A DNA stretch of 61,833 bases, counting the filler, from Sluysia triapertura (lineage: Eukaryota), in the NCBI GenBank assembly GCA_046118255.1. It is 5 parts of 5 records of this genome, joined end to end, with 100 filler letters (N's around TTAATTAATTAA, not from the genome) between each part and the next. Parts side by side here need not be neighbours in the genome. Positions count along the whole stretch, not along the records: positions 35,564 to 48,546 come from JBJNIA010067067.1; positions 48,647 to 61,833 come from JBJNIA010053885.1; 3 more parts are not named here. The stretch is one strand, 5' to 3'. The notes beneath the pieces are model-generated. The model did no database searches and was not told where the DNA came from. It saw only the letters and a program-made list of their open reading frames with translations. Each line of letters begins with the position of its first letter. The stretch's first letter is position 1. This document shows positions 38,781 to 54,000 of the stretch, piece after piece. The translations under genes and the position numbers were made by a program.

Positions 38781-41779
38781 AAATCGTAAAGAGTACCAAA
38801 GTCTCAAATGAATTAATTTCCTAAATAAAATGTGACATGTGCCGTGATTATAATTCATCTAATATTTTTTCATAAAAAGCACTATTTCAAATCCCAGAAT
38901 GAAAATAAATTTTACAGGACACAAATGTCAAAGAAACCATTATTCTACATCTCAGATGATGATAATAATTTTACATTGAAATTCAGTAATTACTTACACT
39001 AAATTATCGACTACATACACGATAAACATCTAATACTTAGTGTGTTACTGCAACATCTGTGAAAACTTAAAATTATTCTTATTTAAGGTTTAATAGTAAA
39101 AAGCTTTTGTAATATTATAATCAATATTATAATTTATGTATTTGACATTAAATTTTCAATTATGACTACAAGTTATTTTTCGCATAACCCAGTGTATGCG
39201 AAATATTCATTATATAAATGTATAATATTACATCTGCAATTATTTTACATCTACATTGCAGCATGTACTATTCTTTCTGACAGGAGATATATCATACATC
39301 GTAATTACTATGAAACCTAACCTGCATTTAATGTATGCTTTGTAATTGATTGAAGCATAAATATAGTGATTGATTTATTACCAATAAAGATGAAGATGTA
39401 AATGGCGGACAAAAGAAAATGGCTACCAGCAATAAAGACAATTAACTAACAAAAAACTAAAAATTACCAGATCAATGGCTGCAAGAAGATTTAGAATGCA
39501 TAAATCAAATAAAATATTAGGCTTCTTTTACCGCGATGCCTACCCAAGTGGATGCGATGATACACCGCAAATTCATCTTAGCAGTACGTTCAGATACATC
39601 ACTACAAATAGTTACTTTTTCCAATTTCGACAATATGGTCACATAATACTGTATCATAAAGTAAATCTTACTAATACAGTTTCTTCGAATTATGACAGTA
39701 TGGTCACGCTAAGTGCTGCTATTAAAGTCAGTACCATGAAATGCAACATTATGTGAAAGGTAAACATCATGATATAGTTACTTCTATGAATTACAACAGT
39801 AAGTTAATTTCAAACGCTAATTATAAACACGACAATATTTTGAACTAAAGCTCTACTAACAAAACGGTCACCAAATGGATCAATGTAGACAATAAAATTT
39901 GTGAAGACTACGGCATCAATAATACAAATACCACACACGATCAAACTTTCGGCAATAGTATGAATAAGGGAATTCAAAACAAAGTTAGATACTTTCTTCT
40001 TTATTTCTTTTTACGTGATTTGATTCCTTATTGTGGAAATATTTAAAGTAGAATAAAATATAATAGAGAGTTTTAACGTGAGTCCATCAACGTAAAGCGC
40101 TTACCAGTTAGGACCAGCCGTTGGATTTGTAGATAAAAGTAAAGGTAAAAAAGAATTGCTTCAAGATGTAGCTGAAATCTTCTTTATATGATTTTATTAT
40201 TATTACTTTTTTGAATATTTTAGAAGGTCTGGAGGTATTAAAAGTAATCAAAATAATTTAATAGGTATTTTACGTGGATCCTACTAAAAGGATCTTTAGT
40301 AGATATTTTACGAAGTTAGAATTAAAATCTAACTAGGGAAATCGTTTCGTAGTACAGATTTTATATTTAAGACTACTTAATTAATAACAATGTTTTTATC
40401 GAAAATTTTATTAAACAGTAAAATAAAATAAATTTTACAAATTTTGAATACTCCTATGTAATAATATTTTATCAAAAGATTTTACCAGGATCTATTATAA
40501 GATCCAAATAATTATTAAATAATTTAAGTCTATTTTACGTTGATATCTAAACCTAAACACAAATAAACTAACTTATTATTTTAAAAAGAAATTATAGAAT
40601 GATCTGACCACAAATGATTGCTTGAAAATATAGATTATCGTAGAAGTGGAGTTCAAATTGTTTTAATGATCTGTACCAAATTTCGAAGCACCAATTGTGT
40701 TTTTTCATAATTGTTATGAAGATTGTTGTGAAAAATTGTGATTTGTTCTTTCTTTATATATAAATTTTACTGGCCTTGGCCAGATCATTCTTTTAAAACA
40801 AGATGTATAAATTTAAAATTTACAAAAATTCAAAATTTAATATTTACAAAATAAATCATACTTTTAATAATAGTCCGAAATGAAATTCATAAAAATACTA
40901 AAAATCAATAATTCTGCATGTATAATTATAAATATTAAAAGTTTTGCATTTATAAATATTAGAAATCAATAATTCTACATGTACATACATCAAGAATCAA
41001 CATAAGTAATAAATCAAAGATCAATTTTTACATTATCCTACTTTCCGTTTTATGCCCATATCTTATTCGTAGAAGTGAAACTAATGCCCATAATAGTCAA
41101 ACAAAAATAAAAGGCATAAATAACGTCTGCGAGTTTTAAATATTGAATTTACGTTTATCAGCATAATATTAAGCAACAAGCAATATTTTTTAAAATTAAT
41201 CATAAATCCAGTACAAAGACTTGCCAAATTCTTTAGTGTTGATATATTCAATAAATTTATATATATATATATGCACCTTTTTTAAATCATTAAATAAATA
41301 TCTAATCAATATCATAACAAACCCTTCATTCACCATCCCATTTATCTCAAGTAAATGGTGTCAGAAATGGATCACTCCCCAAAAATAATTTAATAAATTA
41401 TTTTACTAATTGTTATTTCATAGGTCATAAAAATTTATCAATTTGTGCCAAATAAATTATATAATTAATAAAATTAAAAAAATTCCAAAACTAATAACAA
41501 CAATAATGTTATAATTATAAGTTAACAATACATTCTTTCACTAAAAAATACTAATATATAATATTTCACCAAACTGAGAAATTTCAAAATCAGTCATCCA
41601 TTTTTCGCTTCTTTGCTGCTAAAATTATAATACAAAATAAAAAATAATATATATTAGACTAAAACAGAAAAAATGTTTTTCTTTGGTTTTCTTAATATTT
41701 GCTCATTATTGAATGTGTAATAACGAAATTTTATGTATAATTTCGCGAGAAATGTTAGATATTTGGTGAAACTTTCTAC

Positions 41780-42090
41780 GATGAATCGTAAAGCTACCAG
41801 TATGACTTTGCAGAAGCAACTGGACTTGCGGAATTCACGTTAGTGCCAGAACAGTCAGGAGACTTGTAGACAATGATTTGCGAGCGACACAACTCAGAAG
41901 AAAGTCGTGATGATCAGTAAAAGGTAGGCATGGAACACCAACATTTAACTTGAGTGAAGTGTGTTTTAGTAACCAGTCGTCCTTTCAAGTATTGGTGACA
42001 AGACCACCTTTGTAAGAAGACCTAATGAGTTTCACCCTGATTGTCACAAAAACAACCAACAGCAGTAATGGTCTGGTCGGTTTTTTTGAA
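41780..42090 (+). mobile_element. Tc1 transposase remnant
   Basis: Frameshifted NRKATS..HVSARTVRRLVDNDLR..VCFSNQSSFQV..FVRRPNEFHPDC..AVMVWS. Confidence 0.75.
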
Positions 42091-43449
42091 AATAGAAAAA
42101 TTTAAAAAGTAATTTGTGTATCGCTTTCCAACAAAATTAAGTACTTATTAATTTCTAAAGTTTAATTTAATTCAACAATTTTTGACAATGTACACCTATT
42201 CAATCATTATTTGATCGAATTTCATTTGTATTCTGATAAAAAGTGTAACTACTATAACATGTGTTTTCAATCAAGCATTGGATCAGGTTTTGAAAATTTT
42301 TAATGATATTTTCGAAATATATATAGTTAGAAAGCATCATTAATTGATTTTAAGATATACATATTTGTTATGGTCGAACTCATTACATCTCATAACGAAA
42401 TTCTAACTATAACTAACAAATTCCCGCTTTAAATCATTTAATCATTAAACATTTCTTACATTCTATACCTTCAGAATTAAGCAACTCATGACATCATGCT
42501 GTCAAACAATTTCACATTGCAAATCAACTATAAGCTCAAACAATCCATATCTATATCCAGAATGCACACAGTTCATTGAATTCACACATTTCTAGAAATC
42601 CGAACAATATTTCACAGAAGAAAATCCACACTTTACAATACCTAATTCATTAAACAAACTCATCATACAGACCACCTAGAACTCAAATAAATTATTAAAA
42701 TATCACAACATAATTCAATAAATTTATTTCCCATCACATGGTTAGAAATCACTAAGCAAGCAGTATGCACTGTGCACATACACTTTGATAATCACTCGAT
42801 TTATAACATTATCTTTTTAAACATTCTTACACTGGACATCCAGATCAGATATGCAAATACCAAATGATACGTTAAATTATGAAAAGATTCCTCAATTTAA
42901 ATTATGTTTTTCTTAATCATGTCATAGTTTCATATATTCTAGACTTCAGAAATAATTAAATTATTGTGCCTGCAAGATCACATGAAATTCGAAGAATCAA
43001 AAGAAATTGTAATTATAAAGAAAAATATAAATACTTTTAATACGTAAAACGCACAGCAAATTTTTAAATATAATACTCACAGATCGTCAAATAACTCACA
43101 TACCTTATATCCACAATCATGATGCAAGTTCATGCTAGAAGTGCATATATGTTTACGAAAAAGAATAATTAATCAGAAGTTAAGGATTGAAATAGTTTAA
43201 AATCTAGATTTTTAGTAGTAGTAATAATAATAATGATGATGACTAAGGAAGTAATAACACGATCAAGTGATGCAATAATTGATGTACTAATTAACAGCAC
43301 ATCGATTGTTACGTTATAATTTTTGTGGAAAATCGAAACTGCATATTATTGGTTTAAAAAACAGCTAATAAATAATTTGTTTAATGAATTTGAAAGTATT
43401 AAAATGAGTTGTAAATTACGTTAAGAAGTTTACTTATACGACGTTAATA

Positions 43450-45900
43450 ATGTATCAAAGGAGCGAAAAATCTCTTAACGATCGTACAAAAGTAATGGTT
43501 GATTATAATAAAACTAAGATCAGTAATTCGGAGATAAAGGAAGAAATACTTAAGTTAACAATTACTTCATTAAATAAAGATGAAGCAGAAGATGCGAATT
43601 TATCTCAGAGAAATAATTTGATGTTCGTAAATCGCCATAAAAAGCTGGTTCGCGAACGAATTTTCACGTTGAAGCACAATGCTTAGTTAATCGAGCAATT
43701 ATTGCACTATCTAGAGCATGTGAACACTTTTATGAATTTGTATTCGAACTTGAAAAAATGATTGTGTTTCTCAATTAACGATTATAAATTTGATATCTGT
43801 GGTGTACCGAAACGAAAAATTGAAGATATTATGTTAGAAATACAGAATTTTAAGATGCACCATGCTGGTAATATATGCTGATAACATTGTAAGTAGTGCT
43901 AAGCGGAAAGTTTCTAGACGTCTTGAAAAAATTAAAGACCACACGTTTATCCACTATACGGAATATCCTAGCAGACTCGAGTAATATTTCTTATCCAATT
44001 TTATGTTCGTGATATTAGTTTATTAGATGTTATTAGTATTTATTTCTTTTTTGGGAAAGTTTAACCCTGATTTATGTAAAACATAAAATGATACCCCTAA
44101 AATCAGAAATTAAGATTGAAAGTATGACAAAAAATAGTAACAAATTAAAATGTAAAATGCTAAATAAACCCGAGCCGAAGTTTTCTTCTACATCATAATT
44201 TAGTTTAAAATCAAAAGATTAAATGATTAACAAGATTAATGGATGAAATTTATCTAGACCAGTGATTTCCAAAGTGGTCTATATCGAGCCCCAGGGTTTC
44301 TACGAGAGAACTAAGTTTGGGAACTTCTTACCTAGACACTCGTAATCATGTCCAATTTACTAATTGTACTAACATTTCTCTTCAAAAACCAATACATTTT
44401 TACAGGTACACAGTAATTTGGCAACGCCTTATACCGCTATCGTATCCATTAGTCTATTCTACAACAACCATTCGACCCATAAACACTTCATTCACCCACA
44501 CAACAATATCTAATATCAAACATATTAACATTACAAACTTAGGGATGAATTGGAAAATAATTTAGAAAATAAAGTTGTAAAAATAAGCTAAATGGATATA
44601 TTGAAAAACCAATAATTTTTGTACTATGTACAGAATGTATATATATGTTGTGTATTATTCTGTCAGATCAACTTCCTTTAAATATTAAGAATATAGTTAA
44701 CAAAATTTATAGTTCGTTTTATATATTTATTTATTATAATTAATGAAATAATTTTGAATATATGTGCCTGCTTCGACAAATAAAATCTGTTTAATATCAA
44801 AAATGAATAAATGATGTTTTGATGATGACGAGTGAAATTACTTAAGACATCATATTTTCGTATCCAATGGAAACTGTTCGTAATTTTTGCAAACACAACT
44901 ATTTTAATTATTTGTCATTTGTGAGTGTAACTAATGATTATTCATGATTGAATAATATTGGCAATAATGGTTTAATTATTATTATCGTCATCTTTATTAT
45001 TAATAATAATTATCAGGGATCAATACTTGGTCCATTATTGTTTATAATATATATCAATGATGTTTCAAGTGTAATCGAATCATATAAATTTGAAATGAAT
45101 AACATAGAAAATACTATTCAAAGAATAGAAGAACTAGTATCTGAATTCATAAAATGGTTTGGAAATAAATACTTGAAAAACAATGAAGAAAAGTCAGAAT
45201 TTATAATCTTCAGTAATAAAAATAGCGACACTACAAAAATAAATGAAACTAAGTTAATTGTAGATACGAAGCAAAAGGTACGAAATATATGCTATATGGA
45301 TTCAAAAATGAACATGGAAGAAAATAGTAATTGTATTATTAAAGTGTAAATATCAATTAAATAAAATATCACATATTGTAAAATTTATTAATAAAGAAAC
45401 AACTAAACTTATTGTTCATTCATTGATAACCAGCAACATAGATTTTAATGCTTTGATGTACTCATAGAAAAGTGAAAAAATTACAATTAACAATTAATCA
45501 AACTGCAAGACTAATTCTCCAAGTTGGAAAATCTCCTATAACACCTTATCTTAAGGAATAAAAGCAATAATAGAATTGAAAATCATAACAATAATTTACA
45601 AATGCTTACATTATGGAAGTCCTGAATATCTTTTAGAAATAATAAATAATTTGGAAAGCAAGATATTTCATGGAGACATAATAATAACAAGTTTGGTGAT
45701 AGGTTGTATACTGTTTGTCTCAAAAATGCACAACCAGTTATCAGAGAATGTCAAATCACTGGAAGATTATGAAATATTTAAGAAAAGGTAAAGTTCTTTT
45801 TGTTTCAGAAATATTATGGTGAATGATTTATCTTAAACACATTTGAGTACTTACGCAGTAGATATGAGCGAATTTATATTTATATATTATTATTATTGCA
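43450..45900 (+). mobile_element. Decayed L2-clade LINE (RT to 3' UTR at 45010-45900; possible ORF1/endonuclease remnants at 43450-43880)
   Basis: QGSILGPLLFIIYINDV, WFGNKYLKNNEEKSEFIIF, TKLIVHSLITSNIDF, IYKCLHYGSPEYL, NQLSENVKSLEDYEIFKKR and a (TAT)n tail; FDICGV near 43790. The upstream part is tentative. Confidence 0.8.
44260..44310 (+). mobile_element. hAT/Charlie-like terminal fragment
   Basis: TCTAGAC|CAGTGATTTCCAAAGTGG resembles the Charlie TIR and NTCTAGAN target preference. Confidence 0.45.
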
Positions 45901-46359
45901 ATCTTTTAAAATTGAAATATTACTTTAAATATTATTGTAATAAATTTAAATCTTTCATTTTAGATACCACATTAACACATTCTGTGCGAGCTATTTTACC
46001 CCCAATCCAAGTTGAAAAGCATGCCATATTTGTACATTTGAGCAAAAAATAAATCTTTCAATTTTTTATCTTATCATCATTTTATTCATCACAATTTCCT
46101 TTATTTGTGTTTGATTTTTATTTATAAACAATTACGAAATCATCACTATTTTGAAAAATCTACTATTTTATAAAATTTTTCTTTATAATACAATAAAGAA
46201 ATGGTTAATTTTTTACTTGTCTCTGAAAGTGTAAATTTTGCAATTTAAAGCTTCAATTCATTGTACCGAAAAATATAAACTAAATAATATTATAAAAAAA
46301 CCAATTTGAAGAAGAAAATTAACTACTATTTTTAATTAATTTATATTTTTGTTTGATTA

Positions 46360-47090
46360 GTAAATTTATTAATTTTGTTGCCAGAATAAGAATTAATTAT
46401 CCTTGGGATAGCTTTTCGTTGTTGATAGTTTAATAATAGTTTCTATTGGTACTGCATCAAAAAATAATTTCACAAATACATTAAAATATCTTCTAATTTA
46501 TTACAATTTATTTCCAATTTTATAAATGAACTGTTCTTGATGCATTGTTTGCGGGAAACGAGTTAAACGACAGATAGAACTGGAACTAGTATACATGTTA
46601 ATTAAATGAAGTGCATTTATAATGTACCCCAAAGTTAAGAATGTATGTTGCATATAAAATTATAGAAAAATTTTATTTCAAATACTTTTTCCTCCTTCAA
46701 ATTAAATAAATATACTTCACATATATTATTAATCAATCACAAAATTCTATTACACAAAATAATCTACAAAGCAAGCGCAGTTGGCCATTTCAAATTTAAA
46801 ATCAGAAAAACATTGATACATCAAACGAATGTAATACTAACAATTGCTTTTTAGTCCACATGACAAGGACCTTTTTCTCGATAAATTATTAGCTATGTTT
46901 TGAGAATTCTTCGACATTTGCTTACATAAACTAGAATTTGGCTTTATAAAATTTTTAGAATCATTTAAATTAATTGGCGTCTTTTTCTTGGCTGAATATT
47001 TTCCTTTTGCAGGTCTTGGAGTATCCGTGTGAATAGTATCACCTTTTTCTGACAAAATTGAAGCTTTTTTACGTATTGATGTATAAATTC
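46360..47090 (-). CDS. Unidentified spliced gene (or pseudogene) fragment
   Basis: AG/GT-bounded open segment about 47090-46842 (IYTSIRKKASILSEKGDTIHTDTPRPAKGKYSAKKK..) plus candidate small exons near 46580-46505 and 46452-46360; no family recognised. Confidence 0.3.
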
Positions 47091-47418
47091 CTTAAAATAC
47101 AATTAAACTTAAATTCTACAAAATCAATAATCACTAATGAAGATCTTCACTAAGATACACACTTGGAATGAAGGTTTTTATACATTTTATATAAAAAAAA
47201 CTTTCGAATTTTTAGTACGAAATGTGTTAAACTTTTGTTATAATATACATTAATAATAATCAATGAATGTACAATACACATTCTAATATTTGATTTTATA
47301 CTTTCTTCCACACCTATTCCTGAATCCACGTAACATTAAAAAAATTGATTTATTTATTTTAGTACTGTGGCTGCTTTTATTACAGAAAATTATGAAATAT
47401 AACGCTTTTTTTCAAATA

Positions 47419-48246
47419 CAATCAACTCTGTTCAATATGAACACTAGCGTACAAATTTTTTCAAAATAATATGAAAATCCATTAGCATAACAACAAAGAT
47501 TTCCAGAAATTGTATTTATTATTCCTATTTATTACAATTTTTATTTTTTAATTGCCTATATTCTTTTTTCCTTGAATTTCATCAATCAGATGCCATATTT
47601 TGTTCATCTTATCAGGAATATTAGCTTGAAAGTATTTTGCAAGTTTTTTTGCATCCTGTCATTACTGTATCTTCTATAGCTTCAACAAAATTATCATTTG
47701 TTTTCTCTTTTTCAGAACTTTCTTTTCATAATTCTCTGCTAGATCAAATAAAAGATATGTTCATCAAATTTTGGATCAATCTCAAAACATGGAAACACAT
47801 TCAGCATTCACTTCTTTAACATACGCATTTTCGAAAGACTGTAAACCAATTAGAGATAGTCGCTGGTTTTACACTATTCCATACTTTCGAAATCAAAACC
47901 ACTGCTTGATATCTCTTGTGTAACATTATTTTCTAAATTAAAATTCATTAACCTAAGGAAAGATTGTATTTTGATGAAAGAAAGCGTTGAGAACAACCTT
48001 TATCTTCAACAAATAATTTTAACAATTTCTAATTCTCTTCGATGCTTAAATTCTTTCTCTTTCGTTTTGGATTTGTATCTTTCATGTTCATAAAAGACAG
48101 TAAAGATGAATATTTAAACAAAATTGTTCAAAATAAACAGTATTCATCTTATAAAAATCAATTTTCCATGAAAACAATATGGTTTTCAATAATTTTTGAC
48201 TTAAAAGCTCATAGTAAACAGGGTTCATATTGTTCAGGGTTGACTG
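47419..48246 (-). mobile_element. Internally deleted pogo/Tigger element, 828 bp, with both TIRs and TA flanks
   Basis: TIRs TA|CAATCAACTCTGTTCAATATGAAC and TA|CAGTCAACCCTGAACAATATGAAC; CENP-B-type HTH remnant MKDTNPKRKRKNLSIEE..LEIVK..KGCSQRFLSSKYNLS joined to C-terminal QAVVLISKVWNSVKPATISNW. Confidence 0.85.
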
Positions 48247-48546
48247 TATTTTTAGTATGTTATTCAAAAATAAAAATAAAATTTTAAACATTAAATCCAT
48301 AAATATGTATTATCATAAATAATGTTCAATATTATTTAACTAGTATACTTTTAAATTCTACATTTTTTAACAATGTAGTTACGATGAGATGATCTGTAAC
48401 TCATCTGAAATATTGCAATAATTACTGAATTGTTTCAAATACATTATTTTAATCGAAATTTTCAAGTTTTAGGCGAAAATAAACTGCTAATAATTCAAAA
48501 ACGGACTTATCTTGAGAATTAAATATATCTTAAGTGGTTTGATTCG

Positions 48547-48646
48547 NNNNNNNNNNNNNNNNNNNNNNNNNNNNNNNNNNNNNNNNNNNNTTAATTAATT
48601 AANNNNNNNNNNNNNNNNNNNNNNNNNNNNNNNNNNNNNNNNNNNN
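48547..48646. other. Artificial contig linker N44-TTAATTAATTAA-N44
   Basis: Same 100-nt cassette. Confidence 0.95.
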
Positions 48647-49020
48647 ATTAATTGAGAAACATTTCACGTAATTTTTGTTGAATATTATATTTAAATTGTA
48701 TTTGATTTTCAGCTATTTTAAGGGGGATTGATAAGAGACTCCCTACGCAATTTTGTTATGACTATATTTGATTTTTAGCTATTCTTAAGGTAATTAACTG
48801 AGAAACAGTTTACGTAATTTTTGTTGAAAATTGTATTTAAATCATATTTGATTTTCAGTTATTTTTAATGTTGTAAATATTAAAAGTATCTATAAAATTA
48901 TTGTAAATATTAAAAATATCTGTAAAATTTTACGTATTTTTATTGTCAATACTTTTAATTTTTATTATAAATTTAATTATTGTAAATATTAAAAGTATCT
49001 GTAAATTTTTAGGTATTTTT
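48647..49020. repeat. Degenerate tandem repeats at contig start (about 145-bp and 30-bp periods)
   Basis: TGAGAAACA..TACGTAATTTTTGTTGAA..TATTTGATTTTCAG occurs twice; TTGTAAATATTAAAA.TATCT.TAAA occurs three times. Confidence 0.75.
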
Positions 49021-51051
49021 ATTTTTAACTTAATAATATTAATTATAAAATTTAATTGCAAATATTAGTAATTTACAAATAATTATATTGACAATTATAA
49101 ATCTGAGTAATTATTATTTAAAATTACACATAAACAAAGTTTATCACAAATATTATAAAGGAAGTTACAAAGTTCTAGCTAATTTATATAATAAATATTT
49201 ATGTTTACAAAAAAGGAAATTAATCGAATAAATATTTAATATATTTTAAAATTCAACGGAAATTAATTTATAAATATCCAAAGTTCCAAAGGATACAAGA
49301 AAAAAGTATAAAAAGGTATAATTTAACGATTACATATAACACAGTTATAGAAAAATTTTGGTAATATATTTTTTGCGAAGAAAAGTTCGTTGGATAATTT
49401 ATTTGAGTCAAATACTGGATTATTCGCCAATTCACGATTAAAATATTTGATCATTCATCAAGCTATAAGCGCCAGTTAGACAATTCGCTCATACACCAAG
49501 TTATAGCGTCACGTGAAAAATCATTTGTCAAGCGTATCCGGCTCTTGGAACTAAATTGATTTCTGATTACGTAAGCTTATATTATTTAAGTTTTTCGACC
49601 CTAATAAGCGGTCTCAAACTCTCACTTAAAATCTCCATAAAATTTTAGTAAAACCCAAAGATAACCTCTGGGTCAAAATCTGACTTAAATTATAAAAAGT
49701 TTAAAAATTTCTATTTTTATTATAATTGCTTTTTATTTGAATTCTATTGTAATTATACGTTATTTTGTTTATAATAAAATTTCCAGTTTATATTGCGTTT
49801 TATTTTCATTTACTAAAGTTATATAATTGCAATTAAAATTATAAATTGATTAAAGTAAAAGTATTAAGAACATAAAGAAATTAGGACTAAATTATTAATA
49901 AAAATAGCTGTAGCCTAAACAAAAGAGTGTATTAACCTTCAATGGTTAAAATCAAAGAATCGTGATTAAAATTATACATTAAGGGATAGATTGACTAGAG
50001 TAAAGACAGTAGGAATAAATTGTTAAGTAAAAGAGTTCTTAATCTCGCATAAACGAAAGAGTTTCTTGACCTTCAACTTTGAGTATTTTAAATCCTACGT
50101 AGACGTCCTTCCAGTTAAGATAAAGCGTTTAACTTAGGCGGACCCAATCTTCTAAGTTTTTTATAATTGTTCCACTAAGAGATAAAACGAACAGGTACAT
50201 AACACAAAAAATTGATTAGTGATCAACCATTATTTCTGTTAATCTAATCGATCTATTTTTACTTAAATTACTTCTCAGATTACTTCTTACTAGTATTCTT
50301 AACTTACATTAAAATGTTGTGATGTTGTGTTATATTGATTAATTATACACAAAATATGCAATATAAATTATTTAAACAATTAATGAACTGTTATTATTGA
50401 TCTATTGATTTTTAACATTGTTATTCTTATCGATTATCTGGATTATTGAATTTAATTGGTATTATTATCTGCATTTATTTAATGTAAGTATTTAAGTATT
50501 TAATGTAAGTAAAATCTTAAAAATTAAATATTTAAATGAAATATTGTAGAATTTAAAGTAAAATTTTAAATTAAAAAATTATATATTTAAATATTGCAAA
50601 AAGTAAATTTTAGTAAAATAAGATTTGTTTGTCCAAAATCGTTCAAAGACAATTAAATTTACTATAAATTAATCTCAATTAGACAAAGTTTCGCACAATT
50701 TTTTAAGTATTAACTTTCAAATCATAATTTTTTCTGAAAACTTGTTCTTATTTATTTTGAATGAGTTTTAATTAAAATGGTATTATTACTTAATTTTTCA
50801 TATTTTTTTGTTTTAAATTATTCGACTAGTATAATTAAATTGTTTATGAATATTTTTACATTTTCCATTAAACTATTTTTACCAATCTATTGCTAAAATT
50901 AATAAGAATAAGAATAATTTCGTGAAACAATTGTTAAATTATAACACTAATCACTTATTGTAATTGAAATATGATTATGTTTATTTAATCTACATAAAAT
51001 ATTTTTATCATATCTACTGTATATTTTTATTATTTTTGAATGCTTTTATAA

Positions 51052-54000
51052 ATGAGTTGGTGGGGAAATTCTTTGGAGAAAGCTGTGGGATTTTCTAATT
51101 ATGCCACTATAGCGTTAAAGAATGCTCAAAAGAAAATAGATAAAGTTTTAGACATTCCTGTTATTGATGACGAAAAATGTAATTTTAAATTATTTTATTT
51201 TATTTTATAATTAAAAAGCTTAAATATGAGTTTATATATTTTTATTAATTTAAATATATTAGCATCAGAAACGGTAGAAGTAAATCCAAGCCAAGATATA
51301 TTAGCAGTTACCGAAGAAAGTCTTTCAAATAATATAGAAGCCAATTTATCTCCTATTTCAATGCCACATAATGACGTTCGAGGTAGTCGCACTGATGAAA
51401 AAGAGTTTTCAGATGTTGATTTGACTAGTCCTATTAGAGATAACAAATATTTAACCAAAGATTCTATACATGTTCATTGTGATCGTTTAGGTGATTGGAA
51501 GTTTGAAGAAAGTTTAACAGTGTCACAGTTTGAAAGTTTTGATGTGAACACGAAAAATGAAGAAATAGAAGATAAAGATAATAACTTCTTATCATCATGT
51601 AATTCACATTTGTCACTGTCAAGTGATATTACTGTTAAAAAGGCTATTGAAACCGGTGACGAAATGGATTCTAGTGGTCATTTAGATGAAATTGATGGGA
51701 ATGAGGCAGAAGTATTGAATCAAGGGAGTGAAGAATTAATAAATGAAAATCAATCGTTGAATTATGCTTTAAATACCATTATTACTAAAGATGAACAGGA
51801 TAGTCAAACAACAACTAGTTCTGATATTGAATTTGTTTATAATTCGGTTTCCAGTTAGTTTATTTTTAATTAATTTGAATATTTTATAAATATATTAGAT
51901 ACAGAAAATTTAAACTTAATAAGCAACAAAAACTTGGATTTGCAATTATCAGTACAGATTTCACAAAGTGATACTGACAACGAGATTTTGAGAGAAAATC
52001 AAACCAAAGATAGACGCGAGTCAGATCATTCTAATCCACTTTCAACTCCTTCATCTTCTTCATCGGCAGCAAAAATGTCTCAAAATCCTCAACAGCCATA
52101 CACAAGATCTGTTAGTGGAGGTGAGTCTTGAATAATATTTGATATATTAGTTGTATATGAAGTTTGCGTGCTAAATTTTATGACCAAAACAGAGGAAATT
52201 TTCAAAGTATGAATTTCTCCAAAATTATTAAATAAATTAATATAATTTTAATAAGTTTGAATAACATTCATTGGCACATTTTAATTATTTTATTTTCGAA
52301 AGTAAAAATTCAAATGAAGATGTAAACGATTTGAATGGAACTTTTGATAATTGTGATACACAAACAAAATTGACCGAATGTTTAAATATTGATACTATAT
52401 TAAACATTACTGATTATATTAAACATTAATTAAAAATTCTTCCGATCACGAGAAACTACAAGGACATTTCCGAAGGATCTTGTACAAGAAAACTGAAGTT
52501 TCAATGCTTCACACCGTAATTTAAAAACAAAATATATTGTGAGCACTGCTGGTTATTTTCTAATCAAACAAATCAATGGTGCTCTGGATTGCGGGATTGG
52601 AAAAACTTGTCAAGAAAAATAAAAATGCAAACATCAACAAAACACCATATGGATTGTTGTACAGTATATGATTTATGGAAAAAAGTAGAACTGAAACTGA
52701 AGATCAAATAAGGAATTGTGAACATTTCTGGAGAAAAGTTTTAAAACGATTATTTGATATAACAATGAAACTTGGTAGAAATTCTTCATCATTTCGTGGA
52801 CATAGTGATTTAATTGGTGATGTTTACAATGGAAAATTTTTGTCTGAAGTTGAACTTTAAGCCAAATATGATGACGTTTTAAAAAACATTAGAAATGCCA
52901 ATTGGTTCGTTTAAAATGAAATGAAAATAAGTTAAGTAAATGTATGATTCTTTTTATATAAATGATAATAAGGGGTCCCACAAAGCGGGGGTCCGAAAGC
53001 GTTACTTCCTTGTAGCTACGTTACTGATTACTCAAGTTTGCTCGATTTTACTCATGATATTACAAAAGTTGACAAAATATATATTGCACAAGAAATCATA
53101 GATCGGAACCACTTGATTTTGAAATAAAAGAAGCCTTTTTGGGATGTTTTCATTCTGCAGAAGGAATGAAAGATAAAATTATTTTTAAAAAAAATTGATT
53201 TAGTAATTGAAAATTGTTATGGTTAGGGTTATGAAAAGGTTATATATTGGATTGCAACAAAAAAAATTAAAAAATGCAGCCAAATGATGAATGTATTTAT
53301 TATACCAGTACAATTTAAAGATGCAGTTCAATAATGTATAGAAATTGTAATTTTGTTTGCAATTCAAGAAATTTATACATATTTTAGCAAAAGCATAAAA
53401 GATGGGATCTACTTTCCAAATTAAGAGGAGAATCACAAGTAACCTTAAAGAAACTTAGTCCAACCCGATTAGTAGCCATCAAAGTACGATATACTGATAT
53501 CATTAAGTATTTAACTTAAATTATATAACACTAAAAAAAGATAGAAATGATGCTCAAAATATTAAAAATAAAATTGAAAATTTTGAATTTATTTTAATAA
53601 TTGTGTTCATCCATAAAATTCATTAAGCTCAATTATATATTTAAATCATTTTAGACTAACTTTCACTTTCATTACCCTCATTAAAATGGAGTGTCCGGTA
53701 GATAAAAATGAACATTTCCGGAACATACTCCTTTTCTATTTCCACTCCATGTCGAACTATATTTCTGGTCTCACTTTTGAAAACGAAGAAGCAACTTGGA
53801 TTGAAGAATTTTTCGACCAAAAATCACCAAGCTTCTTCAAACGTCAGATTGACAAACCGCCAGAACGGTGGAAGGAAGTGATCGATTGTGGTGGATAATA
53901 TCTTACCGATTAGGTATAATGATTTAATAAATTCATTTTACCTGGAATTTTTTGCATTGTTTTAATTCTTGATCGGTATGCATTTCTCATAGTTGTAAAA

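Noticed and set aside
41354-42870. Gypsy LTR element (PBS-like TGGTGTCAGAAATGGAT and integrase-like remnants at about 42400-42850)
   Set aside because: No paired LTRs or clear motifs; too degenerate to call
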